64,000 nt of DNA from Roseibacillus sp. (GTDB lineage Bacteria > Verrucomicrobiota > Verrucomicrobiia > Verrucomicrobiales > Akkermansiaceae): the NCBI GenBank assembly GCA_051251855.1, contig JBPOGI010000004.1, forward strand, positions 320,001 through 384,000, given 5' to 3'. Position numbers and translations under genes: made by a program. Below, piece after piece: positions 41,950 through 52,328 of the stretch. Each line of letters starts with the position of its first letter. Position 1 is the first letter of the stretch. The notes under the pieces were generated by a model that did not search any database, was not told where the DNA came from, and saw nothing but the letters and a program-made list of their open reading frames with translations.

Positions 41950-43269
41950 ATGCCTTCAACCTCGCACGTGAATCACCCCCTATATCATCCACCCTTTATG
42001 CCGACTTTGTTCAATAACGGCGTCAAAAAACACGGAGACTCTCCGTGCAGAAAGGCGTCCTCGGGCAACCCAGCCAATCATGGCTTGGGACGCGAGAACA
42101 ACTTTGACCTCCTTCGTCTTCTTGCAGCCTTGCAGGTAGTCATTGCTCATGCCGTGCACCACAGCGGTCTCTACCACGGCCTAGAGGGAAGGACTTCGAC
42201 CGCATTCGAAGCTTTCATTCTCATTCCCGCTGTTCCCATCTTCTTCGTAATTAGCGGATTCTTGATCAACGCCTCCTTTGAACGTGCACCGAATAATCTC
42301 CGAGGTTACTTCTGGCGACGAGCACTTCGTATTTTTCCTGCCCTTTGGCTCGCCGTTCTTCTCGGAATCGGAACCGTCGCATGGGGTGGCTACTTACAGC
42401 GAGAATTCGTATCGTCCTCGACCTTCCTTACCTGGCTCATCTCACAGACGACTATCTTTCAGTTCTGGAACCCTGAGCACTTCCGTGGCTTTGGCATGGG
42501 AGTGGTCAATGCCGCGCTTTGGACCATTTCTGTCGAACTCCAGTATTACCTCTTTGTCCCCATCGCCTACTTTGTGAGTAAGTGGCTTAAACGCTTTAAA
42601 CATGGCCGCGCCACCTTAGAGCTTTCGCTCTTTGCAATCTCACTGGGCGCTCACCTATTCATGCGTTCGGGCATCAATTCTAGTGGTGATTTTGCTTCGG
42701 CTTCCATTGTGGTCAAAGCCCTCCACATGACCTTGCTTCCCCATCTCTGGATGTTTCTCTGTGGCGTCTTCCTCTATCGAAATTTGGAGGCTTTGAAAAA
42801 GGTGCTCGCGGGGAACTTCCTCAAGTGGGCAGTTGCTTGGGCCGCCATTGTGTTCGTCGGCGAATACCTTCTAGGCGACACCACCGCTGGAGGCACCGTT
42901 CTGTATGTTCTCAGCCGCCTCATACTCGCCTGCGCCACCATCTCTTTCGCCTACACCCTGCCTCGCCTTTCGGGCCAGTTCCTCAAAGGGAACGACATCT
43001 CGTACGGCATCTACATCTTCCATTGTCTCATCATCAACGTACTGATGGAGCTCGGTTACTTCAAGACCCTCGCTACCGTTCCCTTCGTTGTTGTCATTGC
43101 TGTTCTTCTGGGATTCTTGAGTTGGCGCTTCCTCGAAAAGCCTATTCTTCGATTTAAGGACTGGCCTCCCATGAACCCAGGCGGCGGAAGCCGAAGAGCC
43201 ACCAAGACACAACCTCTCCCCTCCGCGCCACCCCTCGTCGCGCGCTCGGAGTCCTTTTTCTCCAAGTAA
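41950..43269 (+). CDS. Acyltransferase-3 (OafA-like) membrane O-acyltransferase
   Basis: NNFDLLRLLAALQVVIAH, FFVISGFL, RRALRIFP, LWTISVELQYY, SYGIYIFH; AGGAGG Shine-Dalgarno at 41941 before ATG 41950. Confidence 0.92.
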   Translation: MPSTSHVNHPLYHPPFMPTLFNNGVKKHGDSPCRKASSGNPANHGLGRENNFDLLRLLAALQVVIAHAVHHSGLYHGLEGRTSTAFEAFILIPAVPIFFVISGFLINASFERAPNNLRGYFWRRALRIFPALWLAVLLGIGTVAWGGYLQREFVSSSTFLTWLISQTTIFQFWNPEHFRGFGMGVVNAALWTISVELQYYLFVPIAYFVSKWLKRFKHGRATLELSLFAISLGAHLFMRSGINSSGDFASASIVVKALHMTLLPHLWMFLCGVFLYRNLEALKKVLAGNFLKWAVAWAAIVFVGEYLLGDTTAGGTVLYVLSRLILACATISFAYTLPRLSGQFLKGNDISYGIYIFHCLIINVLMELGYFKTLATVPFVVVIAVLLGFLSWRFLEKPILRFKDWPPMNPGGGSRRATKTQPLPSAPPLVARSESFFSK

Positions 43270-43275
43270 GTTCCT

Positions 43276-46200
43276 CTACCTCACTCGGGCAAAGAGCCGA
43301 GGCAGCTCCCTCCAAGCTGTCCAAGACAGCTCAAAACGAGCCCGAATGTCTCGCAACATCAGCAACAACATCGGCAGGAGTAAAAGGGTAATCATGGTCG
43401 CAAACAAAACGCCAAACCCAACCGAGACCGCCATCGGCTTGAGAAACTGTGCCTGCACCGAGGTCTCGAAAAGCAACGGAATCAAGCCCACAAACGTTGT
43501 CAGAGTCGTGAGCAAAATTGCCCGAAAACGCTCTCGCCCTGCGCGCACAATATTTTCAGCATAGCTTGTCTCGGGAAAGGCGGCCGCCAGCTCGTTCACT
43601 CGGAACGTCAGCACCAAAGAGTCATTCACCACGATTCCACTCAAGGCAAGTATACCGAAGACCGAGAGAATCGAGACTGGAATCCCAATAATAAAGTGGC
43701 CCAACAAAGCTCCAATAATCCCAAAAGGAATCACCGACATAATCACCAAGGGACGGACATAAGACTTCAGCGGAATCGCCAGCAGAATATAAATCAAAAT
43801 CGCTGAGAACATGAACCCCCTCCCCAAAGAGGCCATCGACTTAGCGCGCTGCTCCGCCTCCCCTTCTAAACTGATGGAAACATCAGGATGCTCAGTCAGG
43901 AACCCTGGAAAATAGTCCTCACTCAAAAGCGAAAGCACTTCTTCTCCCGAAGTCAGCGACTTGTCCACCTCAGCCTTCACCGAGACGATCCGATTGAAGT
44001 CATATCGCTCAATGGACGCCAACGACTCCCCATAACGGGTATCAGCAACCAGCGAAAAAGGAATCGCCGTGCCAGAAGCATCTCGCACCCTCATTTCCCG
44101 CAATGTCTCCAAACTCTCACGCTCCTTAATAGGATAGCGCACCATCACCTTAACCTCATCTCGCCCTCGTTGAACCCGCTGCGATTCGATTCCGAAGAAG
44201 GCACTGCGCACCCCCTGTGCGAGGTCCTGCTTCGTAAATCCAGCCGCCTGCCCCGTGGGAGAAACCGCCACCTCAATCTCAGGCTTCCCTGAATCGAAAG
44301 TATCCGAGATATCGTAGACTCCCTGATAGGTCGCCACCTGAGCCTTCAAAGCCGTGGCCGCCTCTTGCAGCGCCTCGAGATTCTGAGAAACGAGTTGAAT
44401 CTCCAACCCTCGCCCCGGAGGCCCCGCCGTCCCCGAAAAAGTGACCGCTTTCGAACCCGGGATGGGCCGCATCTTTTTACGCCACGCCTTGACCACATCC
44501 GCAGTAGAAATCGACCGCGCCTCAGACACCGTCAGTTCAGCGGCAATAGACGCCTTGGTATTGCTCGAAGCATTGATCGAAAGGTGAGTCAAAATCTCAT
44601 CTCCCGACTCCTCTTCCAACTCCGCCACAGCGTCACGAAGTGCTTCCGCAATCGCCTCCGCATTTTCATGGAGGTAGCTCACCGGCAGACCTTGCTCCAA
44701 CTCAAGGTTCGCCGAAATTGAATCGCGAAAAATGTCGGGAAAGAAGACGAAGCGCAGCTTCCCCGAAGGAATCAAGCCCACCACAATCACAAGGACCGCC
44801 ACAAATCCTCCGAGGGTGAGATAACGGTAAGGAATCAGAAACCGCAGAATAGGCTGGTAAACTTTCCGCGTGAACCAGTCCAAGGACCCAATCACCGCCC
44901 CCTGCACCTTCCCCCAAATCCTAGCCAGAAAGAAGCGTGGCTTCTTGTTCACCTTAATATGCGCCAAATGCGAAGGCAGAATAATTTTTGATTCCACCAA
45001 TGAGAAGATCAGGCAAAAAATGACCGCGGTAGCAATTTGGCCAAAGACATTTCCCAACCGCCCAGAAACCCCAGTGAGAGGATAAAACGCCGCAATCGTA
45101 GTCAGCACTCCAAAGGCAGCCGGCACAAAGACCCGAGAAACGCCTCGCACCGTCGTTTTGATTTCATCTTCATCGGGATCGTCTTCCTTGGAAGAATAGA
45201 TCGACTCCGCAATCACGATGGCGTCATCAACGATAATCCCTAACACCACAATAAACGCAAAGGCAGTCAACTGGTTCAGCGAGATATCAAAAACAGGAAA
45301 CAGAGAAAGCGCCCCCGCAATCGAAATCGGTATCCCAAGCGCCACCCAAAAAGCGAGCCGTAGATTCAGAAAGAAAGCCAAAACCAAAAGCACCAAAAGC
45401 ATTCCTGTGAGCCCATTCTTGGCCAGTAACCCTAATCGCGCTCGAATCGGGGTCGCCCCATCATCCCAGCTCGTCAGACGAACTCCCTCAGCCAGATCGA
45501 CTGTCTCAGGATAGCCTGCAATAAAGGCCGCCACCATATCCGCAGTCTTTATGATATCCCCTTCTCCCGTGGTCTGTACTTCCAGTCCCACCGCAGGCTC
45601 TCCGTTGAAGCGGGCCAAAATCTCCTGGTCAACGAAGGCATCACGCACCTCCGCCACATCCCTCACGTAGAGCCGCACCCCGTCTGCATTCGTTCGTAAC
45701 GGCAGTTTTTCAAAGTCCTCAGCCACATAGGCCTGTGACCGCGAGCGCACTGCAATCTCTCCCCGTTCACTGCGCACCACCCCTCCCGAAAGGTCCAACG
45801 AGTTACCCGTAACCGCATTAGCTACTTCTTGAAAAGTCAGGTTGTAGAGCCTCAGTTTTTCCTCCGAGATCTCAATGGAGACTTCATACTCGCGCGTGCC
45901 ACTGGTCTCAATCAAAGAAACCCCCTCCAGCTTGAACAACTCATCCCGCAATTCTCGCGCCGTCTCTTTCAACACCGCATCCGGCACCTCTCCATGGACA
46001 TGCACCCGCAGAATCGTATTCAGCCTCTCATTCTCGGTCACCACCGGCTTCTCCGCCTGCTCAGGGAACGACGGAATCGCATCCACCTGAATTTTCACAT
46101 CATCAAGCAGCTTCTTCAGCGGGTAGTTCTCTTTCGACTCCACCGTAATCACCGCCGAGGACTCAGTCGACACACTGGAGATATGATCAATCCCCTTTAC

Positions 46201-46437
46201 GTCCACGAGAGCCTCTTCGATCTTGATCGCAACTCCGCGTTCAACATCCTCAGGTGTTCCCCCTCGGAAGGGCACCGTGATGGTCACACTCTCCGCATCG
46301 AAAGAAGGGAAAGCCTCCTTCCTCATTCGAAGCAGAGTAAAAACACCCCACGCCAAAATCGAAATCATCAAAATATTCGCAACCACTGGGTTGGAGGCAA
46401 ACCAAGTGATAATGGGATGTCTTGAGGTCGAGTCCAT
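43276..46437 (-). CDS. RND efflux transporter permease (AcrB/AcrD/AcrF family)
   Basis: NPVVANILM, GIIVDDAIVIAE, GIVVNDSLVL, RFRAILLTTLTT. Confidence 0.95.
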   Translation of the reverse strand: MDSTSRHPIITWFASNPVVANILMISILAWGVFTLLRMRKEAFPSFDAESVTITVPFRGGTPEDVERGVAIKIEEALVDVKGIDHISSVSTESSAVITVESKENYPLKKLLDDVKIQVDAIPSFPEQAEKPVVTENERLNTILRVHVHGEVPDAVLKETARELRDELFKLEGVSLIETSGTREYEVSIEISEEKLRLYNLTFQEVANAVTGNSLDLSGGVVRSERGEIAVRSRSQAYVAEDFEKLPLRTNADGVRLYVRDVAEVRDAFVDQEILARFNGEPAVGLEVQTTGEGDIIKTADMVAAFIAGYPETVDLAEGVRLTSWDDGATPIRARLGLLAKNGLTGMLLVLLVLAFFLNLRLAFWVALGIPISIAGALSLFPVFDISLNQLTAFAFIVVLGIIVDDAIVIAESIYSSKEDDPDEDEIKTTVRGVSRVFVPAAFGVLTTIAAFYPLTGVSGRLGNVFGQIATAVIFCLIFSLVESKIILPSHLAHIKVNKKPRFFLARIWGKVQGAVIGSLDWFTRKVYQPILRFLIPYRYLTLGGFVAVLVIVVGLIPSGKLRFVFFPDIFRDSISANLELEQGLPVSYLHENAEAIAEALRDAVAELEEESGDEILTHLSINASSNTKASIAAELTVSEARSISTADVVKAWRKKMRPIPGSKAVTFSGTAGPPGRGLEIQLVSQNLEALQEAATALKAQVATYQGVYDISDTFDSGKPEIEVAVSPTGQAAGFTKQDLAQGVRSAFFGIESQRVQRGRDEVKVMVRYPIKERESLETLREMRVRDASGTAIPFSLVADTRYGESLASIERYDFNRIVSVKAEVDKSLTSGEEVLSLLSEDYFPGFLTEHPDVSISLEGEAEQRAKSMASLGRGFMFSAILIYILLAIPLKSYVRPLVIMSVIPFGIIGALLGHFIIGIPVSILSVFGILALSGIVVNDSLVLTFRVNELAAAFPETSYAENIVRAGRERFRAILLTTLTTFVGLIPLLFETSVQAQFLKPMAVSVGFGVLFATMITLLLLPMLLLMLRDIRARFELSWTAWRELPRLFARVR

Positions 46438-46440
46438 AAA

Positions 46441-47640
46441 CTATTCAGGGGCGGTGGTCTTGGATGGTTTCTCAGCACTAAAAGGCTGTACTTTCTGACC
46501 TTCTTGAAAGGATGCCAGCGGTCGCATCGCGATTCGAAGCGGGTCCTCTCCAAGAGGATCTTCCAAGCCTACCAAGGTCAGTTCGTCACTTGAATAGAGA
46601 CGCTCAGCCTTTTGCCTCTGCAGCAGGTCCTCCTCATCGATGAGCCAGACAAACGAATCTTCCACCAAAGCCGTAGCAGGAATCTCGTAGCAATCAGTGA
46701 TGGGCTGCGCTGGAATTTCTAAATTTACAAATGCCCCTATCGGCAAAAATTTCTCTGGGTCCTCAAAGGGATTGTCAATCTGAGCAATCACGTAGATGAC
46801 CTGATTCTGAGGGTCCACCCCGGGCTCCGTCCGCACCAGACGAGCCATCCATTCCTGATTGGGTTGCGCTGGCGAAGTCACCATCGCTACCGGAGCCGAA
46901 TCTGTCGCCAACGAGCTTCCACTGGCCGGAATTTTAATAAGAGAGACTTGTTCGGGAGTCAAAGGCAACCGCACCTCAGCCTTATCACGCGAAATCAAAG
47001 TCCCTAAGGTGGACCCTACTGCAGCCACATTCCCCGGACTCGCACTTCGAGCCGTCACAATAGCATCGAAGGGAGCACGCACTTGAGTCCGCTCTAGATT
47101 GAGCCGCGCCTGCTGCAAAGCCGCCTCCGCTGAACTCACCATCGATTCCGCCGCCGCCAACTGAGGCTTGCGCAAGGTGAAATCCGGAGCTTTCACGAGG
47201 TCTCGCCCCGAAGCTACCCAATCCTCAGCCGCAATCGCCGAGCGCGTTTTCTCTTCTGCCAAAGTCTGCTTAGACTGCGTCAAAGAGGCTTCGCTTTGAG
47301 CAATAGCAGTCAGATAATCCGCGGCATCAATCTCTACCAAAAGGTCACCTCGGCGCACGGTGTTACCCGCATTAAAGCTGTTGCCCACCGTCTTGATTTC
47401 TCCTCCGACCTGAGCCGAGAGATTGGTTTCAAAGAAGCTCTGAGTATTTCCAAAAGTATGAATACTCGGCGACACTTCAGTTAATGCTCTTTCGATGTAT
47501 CCCGCCCTTGGAACAACAATGCGAGGCTTTTGAATTTCACGAGGTGGTTTGTCCGCAATCCACTTTTTCACGAGAAGAAAGGCCCCAGCAATGATGAGGG
47601 GCAAAAATAGAAGATTGAGAAATTGCTGCAGTCGAGTCAT
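46441..47640 (-). CDS. RND efflux periplasmic adaptor (membrane fusion protein)
   Basis: N-terminal TM, AQVGG, LERTQVRAPFDA. Confidence 0.93.
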   Translation of the reverse strand: MTRLQQFLNLLFLPLIIAGAFLLVKKWIADKPPREIQKPRIVVPRAGYIERALTEVSPSIHTFGNTQSFFETNLSAQVGGEIKTVGNSFNAGNTVRRGDLLVEIDAADYLTAIAQSEASLTQSKQTLAEEKTRSAIAAEDWVASGRDLVKAPDFTLRKPQLAAAESMVSSAEAALQQARLNLERTQVRAPFDAIVTARSASPGNVAAVGSTLGTLISRDKAEVRLPLTPEQVSLIKIPASGSSLATDSAPVAMVTSPAQPNQEWMARLVRTEPGVDPQNQVIYVIAQIDNPFEDPEKFLPIGAFVNLEIPAQPITDCYEIPATALVEDSFVWLIDEEDLLQRQKAERLYSSDELTLVGLEDPLGEDPLRIAMRPLASFQEGQKVQPFSAEKPSKTTAPE

Positions 47641-47652
47641 GAGAAAAATCGG

Positions 47653-49029
47653 TTAAAAGGCCTTGCCCAGCGCCAGTGCCAATCCGACACGGTTGCTGTA
47701 ACGGCTAGCACGGACGGTAATAGTCTGCTGCTCAGTAAGAAACACACGTCGTTGAATCTCTAACAGCGAAAGCAAATCACTAACTCCGGTCTCGAAATCA
47801 CGGCGGGCTCGCGACTCAGCACTCTTGGCCGACTTCAGCGCCGTATCGCGCTCTTGCTGCTCGCGGCGTAGCCTGCCCTCGGCACTCAAAGCATTTTCCA
47901 CTTCCTGACAAGCCACCAACACCACCGCGCGATAACTTTGGTAAGCCTGCTTCGCTCTCGCGTTGGCCGCCCCCACTTCCGCTTGCCGAGCTCCCGCATC
48001 AAAAATCGGCCCCAAAAGCCCTGCTCCCAGCGACCACGTATTGGCGGAAGCCTTCGTCAAATTGATGAGCTGATTCGAGGAACGCCCCACTCCTGCAGTC
48101 AGAGAAAAGGACGGAAACAAGTCCGCATGAGCCACCGTCACTCGCGAGTCCGCTGCCCGAATCCGTTGATAAGCAGCATCAATATCAGGCCGATTGCGCA
48201 ACAGGCTCGCAGGCACCCCAGCCGGAACCGAACGCCTTAATGAGGGCCAGTTCCTCGCCCCCGCCAACTGCGCATCGGGATAGTCCCCCATCAAAACCTT
48301 CAGCGCACGCGCAGCCGTATCGCGGTCTTCCAAACGTTGCTGAATATCCGCCGCGGCATTGGTGGCGTCCGTGCGAGCCAATTCGAGCTCCGAAAGACTC
48401 GCTGTCCCTCTCTCGAACCGACGCTCAGTCAGAGCTACCGTCTTAGACAGACTGGCTGATTGCCTCTGAGCCAATTCGAGCAACTGGTTGCTCGCCACCA
48501 CATTGAACCAGGCCTGCATCGTCTGAGCCGCAATCGACTGCCTCGCCGATGCAAAATCCGCTGCAGCCGCTGCTTGGTCCGAAGAGGCCGCCGCAACCCC
48601 GCTGCGCAGACGCCCCCAAACATCCAATTCCCAAGAGGCATCCAACCCCAAGCTCCACACCGCCTGAGTCCCCGAAAACGAACCAACCGAACCGCTTCGA
48701 GTTCCTGATAATGAACCGTCAAGGGACGGAAACAGGGACGCGTGAGTCTGCTTCAAGTTGAAACCGGCTTCCTCCAACCGCGCGCCAGCTGCCGCAAGAT
48801 CAGGATTATTTTCTAACGCCCGCCGAGTGACAGCCTGAAGCTGAGAACTTCCAAACACGCCAAAAAGAGAACCACTCAGCTCTGGAGTCGGATACGAACT
48901 CGCATCGTAGCGAGCAGGCAAAGGCAATGCCCTCCCCGCCTGGGCCGAAGGACGCGACAAGGTGTGAACACACCCGCTCACGAAGAAAACGACGACACAA
49001 ATGATTGAAACTCTAATGAGCGGGAACAT
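47653..49029 (-). CDS. RND outer membrane factor lipoprotein (NodT/TolC family)
   Basis: Lipobox VSGC, ALENNPDL, SWELDVWG, LLRNRPDI. Confidence 0.93.
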   Translation of the reverse strand: MFPLIRVSIICVVVFFVSGCVHTLSRPSAQAGRALPLPARYDASSYPTPELSGSLFGVFGSSQLQAVTRRALENNPDLAAAGARLEEAGFNLKQTHASLFPSLDGSLSGTRSGSVGSFSGTQAVWSLGLDASWELDVWGRLRSGVAAASSDQAAAAADFASARQSIAAQTMQAWFNVVASNQLLELAQRQSASLSKTVALTERRFERGTASLSELELARTDATNAAADIQQRLEDRDTAARALKVLMGDYPDAQLAGARNWPSLRRSVPAGVPASLLRNRPDIDAAYQRIRAADSRVTVAHADLFPSFSLTAGVGRSSNQLINLTKASANTWSLGAGLLGPIFDAGARQAEVGAANARAKQAYQSYRAVVLVACQEVENALSAEGRLRREQQERDTALKSAKSAESRARRDFETGVSDLLSLLEIQRRVFLTEQQTITVRASRYSNRVGLALALGKAF

Positions 49030-49121
49030 GGGCGAAAAAAAGAGAAGCAGTTGGCTCACCAACCGGAACAAGGTCATTCTACTCGATTTCGAGAAAATCG
49101 ATAACCAATATTACCTCCTCT

Positions 49122-49337
49122 TTACAAACTGAAGATTCCCCACGCCAAAAACCCCAAGCCGATCATCAGCCAAAGGACCATTCCAAGCCAATAGAAGAAA
49201 GGCAGGTCCTTACGATTGACGCCCCACATATGGTCCACGGTGAGCAGTGGAATCTCAACTCGGCGCTTTCGCACCCCCGAAGTCACCGCGAGAAAGCAAA
49301 GCGCAGCCACCAGCATTCCAATCATAAAATTCCACAC
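49122..49337 (-). CDS. Small membrane protein
   Basis: 71 aa with two hydrophobic segments, upstream of the efflux operon. Confidence 0.55.
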   Translation of the reverse strand: MWNFMIGMLVAALCFLAVTSGVRKRRVEIPLLTVDHMWGVNRKDLPFFYWLGMVLWLMIGLGFLAWGIFSL

Positions 49338-49414
49338 AAGCTGAGGAACAGCAGATCCTCATCCAAATGAAAATCCTGCGTGCTCTTCCTCGCACTCATG
49401 CTTAAAGTCCCGCC

Positions 49415-50587
49415 ATGATTTACCTCGATAACAACGCCACCACACCCGTCCATCCCGAGGTGCTGGAGGCGATGCTCCCCTTCCTCAAAGAACACTTTCA
49501 CAATCCCTCCTCCGGCTACCGAGCAGCAAAACCAGTCAAAGTCGCCCTCCAAACCGCACGCGAGCAAGTCGCTGCCCTCATCAACGCTCATCCTGACGAA
49601 ATCATTTTCACTTCCTGCGGAACCGAGTCCAACAACACCGCACTCAAGTCCCTCGCCCGCCTCATCGGGCGCAAACGCTCTCGCGTCATCACCTCCGCCA
49701 TCGAGCACTCAGCCGTCCTGCGCCCCATCGAAGCCATGGCCGCCGTCGGCTTCGAGACCCGCACTATCGGCGTCGACGAAAGCGGACGCTTCCTCCTCGA
49801 CGAGCTCTCTTCTCATCTCGAAAAAGACCTCCCCATCTTCGCCTCCCTAATGTGGTCTAACAACGAGACCGGCGTCACCCAGCCCATCGCCGAAGCCTGC
49901 GCTCTGCTTAAAGAAAGCGGTGCTGTCCTCCACACCGACGCTATCCAAGCCGTGAGCAAAGTCCCTGTCGACGTGCGCGAAGTCCCCGTCGACATGCTCT
50001 CCATCTCAGGCCACAAACTCTATGCCCCCAAGGGAGTCGGCGCCCTCTACCTCCGCAACGGATTCCGCCTCGAGCCCCTCCTCCGCGGTGGCGGCCAAGA
50101 ACAAACCCACCGCTCGGGCACCGAGAACGTACCCTACATCGTCGCCCTTGGCAAAGCTGCCGAAATCGCGATGAACTCTGAGCAAAGCCCCATCGCCACC
50201 TTGCGGAACCATCTCGAAACCCGCCTCACGTCCGAGATCCAAGGCGTGCACCTCAACGGCTCCCGCCAACATCGCTCGTCCAACATTTGCCACATCTCTT
50301 TCGACCAATGCGAAGGAGCCGGCCTCCTCATCCTGCTCGACGAAGCCGGGGTGCAAGTCTCCACTGGCTCCGCCTGCATGACCGGCAAGCAACAGCCTTC
50401 CCACGTACAAAAGGCCATGGGCTTCAGCGACGAACGCGCCAAGTCCTCCCTTCGCATCTCTCTCTCCCGCTTCACCACCCGCGAAGAAATCGACACCGCC
50501 GCCAACGCCATCATCAAGGCCGTCAAAAAGCTCCGCGCTATCCAATCCCCCCTCACTGGCCCCGTCCAAGTCTACAGCGAGAGCTAA
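49415..50587 (+). CDS. iscS: Cysteine desulfurase (IscS/NifS family)
   Basis: IYLDNNATT, FTSCGTESNN, HTDAIQ, SGHKLYAPKG, STGSAC. Confidence 0.92.
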   Translation: MIYLDNNATTPVHPEVLEAMLPFLKEHFHNPSSGYRAAKPVKVALQTAREQVAALINAHPDEIIFTSCGTESNNTALKSLARLIGRKRSRVITSAIEHSAVLRPIEAMAAVGFETRTIGVDESGRFLLDELSSHLEKDLPIFASLMWSNNETGVTQPIAEACALLKESGAVLHTDAIQAVSKVPVDVREVPVDMLSISGHKLYAPKGVGALYLRNGFRLEPLLRGGGQEQTHRSGTENVPYIVALGKAAEIAMNSEQSPIATLRNHLETRLTSEIQGVHLNGSRQHRSSNICHISFDQCEGAGLLILLDEAGVQVSTGSACMTGKQQPSHVQKAMGFSDERAKSSLRISLSRFTTREEIDTAANAIIKAVKKLRAIQSPLTGPVQVYSES

Positions 50588-50638
50588 CGCCTGCCTCCTC
50601 ATTGACACCCTGCTCCAACAAACTCACAATCCTCTCCG

Positions 50639-51172
50639 ATGAAGTTCTTAGCTCTTTTCCCCCTTTTCCTATTCCTCGCCTCCTGTAGCACTCAAGTCGA
50701 ACAACCCACCATCACCAAACTCGACACTGCGAAATATGCCGGCCTCTGGCACGAAATCGGACGCCTTCCCAACCCTTTCGAGAAGAACGTCGTCGCTGCC
50801 ACCGCCACATACGGAGCTCTCCCCAACGGCAGCCTTTCAGTCAAAAATAACGGCCTCAAATCAAACGGCGAACGTACCGAAATCGAAGGAAGCGTCACCC
50901 AACCCGATCCCAAGCAACCCGGAAAACTAGTAGTCCGCTTCGACCGCTTCCCCGCCAGCCTCTTTGCAGGCGACTACTGGATTCTTGCTCTCAGCCAAGA
51001 CCACACCCGCGCCATGATTGGCTCTCCCAATCAAAAATACCTCTGGTTCCTTTCCAAGCGCGAAGGCTCTCAAAAGAACAACTTCGCCGACTTCCTCAAG
51101 ACCGCCGACAAACTCGGCTACAGCACCGCGGACGTCTATTGGAACCCAAAGAGACTATCAACCCACCCCTAA
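50639..51172 (+). CDS. blc: Bacterial lipocalin lipoprotein
   Basis: Lipobox LASC, KYAGLWHEIGRLP, GDYWIL, YLWFLSK. Confidence 0.88.
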   Translation: MKFLALFPLFLFLASCSTQVEQPTITKLDTAKYAGLWHEIGRLPNPFEKNVVAATATYGALPNGSLSVKNNGLKSNGERTEIEGSVTQPDPKQPGKLVVRFDRFPASLFAGDYWILALSQDHTRAMIGSPNQKYLWFLSKREGSQKNNFADFLKTADKLGYSTADVYWNPKRLSTHP

Positions 51173-51324
51173 CAATAGGGTAGGGCGTCGGCAGCCCTGC
51201 CGCGCCCATATCACTCCTTGAAAGGTCTCCAACCTTTCCGAATGGGAAATGAACTCGCTTCAACAATCGCATCGCCTGCTATTCTCCTTGCGAGAAGCCG
51301 CTCTTTTCTGTTTCCCTTCACAAT

Positions 51325-52302
51325 ATGAAGATTGTTGCCGCATTCCTTGTCTGCCTTGCATCCCAGTTGTTCGCAGAAGTCTCGCTTCCTGTTATCAAAG
51401 CCGCTAACGGAATCATCGAAAAGCTCACTGACGAGCAAAAAAAGTTAGCCCTCTTTGCTCTTGATGCCGACGAGCGCGAGAACTGGCACTACGTCCCCCT
51501 CGAGCGCCAAGGCATCCGTCTCGATGCGCTCAACGAAGAACAACAGCAAGCGGCCCACGAACTTCTTTCTCACTCCCTTTCAGCAGAAGGTCACACCACT
51601 GCCAAAGAGGTGATTCAATTGGAAAACATGCTCTACGAGCAAAGCGACAAATCCGAGTTCCGCAATCCCGGCAAATACACCGTCGCTATCTTTGGAACCC
51701 CATCGAAGGAAAAGCCTTGGGGCTGGCGTTTCGAGGGCCACCACCTCTCGCTCAACTTCACTGTCATTTCCGACAAAGTCACTCTCACCACCCCCTTCTT
51801 CTTCGGGACAAACCCCGCCGAAGTGCGCGAGGGCACCCTCAAAGGACTCCGTCCCCTCGGCACCATCGAAGATGCTGCGCGAAAACTCGCCCGCGCCATC
51901 CACGGCGAAGGTCAACACGTCCGCTTCACCAACGAGCCCCCTCGTGAAATCCTCACCGGACAGGACCGAACCGCAAAAACTCTCGCCAAAGAAGGCGTCC
52001 TCTTTTCCAATCTAAACGATGAGCATAAGAACGGCCTGCTCAACCTCGTCAAAACCATCGCCGCAAAGCAGCGCCCCGAATTCCTCTCCATCACCGCCGA
52101 AAAACTCACCGACGCCCAACTCGCATGGGCTGGCGAATTTGAAAAAGGAGAGCCCCACTACTTCCGCATCCAAACGTCTGACTTCCTTATCGAATACGCC
52201 AACACCCAGAACAAAGCCAATCACGCACACCTTGTCTGGCGCGACTTTAAAAACGACTTCGGCCGCGACCTCCTCAAGGAACACCTCGAGCACAGCCACT
52301 AG
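51325..52302 (+). CDS. DUF3500 domain secreted protein
   Basis: WHYVP, WGWRFEGHHLSLNF, HYFRIQ..LIEYANTQ..NHAHLVWRD..NDFG. Confidence 0.85.
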   Translation: MKIVAAFLVCLASQLFAEVSLPVIKAANGIIEKLTDEQKKLALFALDADERENWHYVPLERQGIRLDALNEEQQQAAHELLSHSLSAEGHTTAKEVIQLENMLYEQSDKSEFRNPGKYTVAIFGTPSKEKPWGWRFEGHHLSLNFTVISDKVTLTTPFFFGTNPAEVREGTLKGLRPLGTIEDAARKLARAIHGEGQHVRFTNEPPREILTGQDRTAKTLAKEGVLFSNLNDEHKNGLLNLVKTIAAKQRPEFLSITAEKLTDAQLAWAGEFEKGEPHYFRIQTSDFLIEYANTQNKANHAHLVWRDFKNDFGRDLLKEHLEHSH

Positions 52303-52328
52303 AATTTGGAGCGCACTCCAAAACAGAC

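Noticed and set aside
49415..50587. Isc/Suf cluster or Dnd phosphorothioation system around the cysteine desulfurase
   Set aside because: No scaffold or dnd-like genes nearby; appears to be a stand-alone desulfurase
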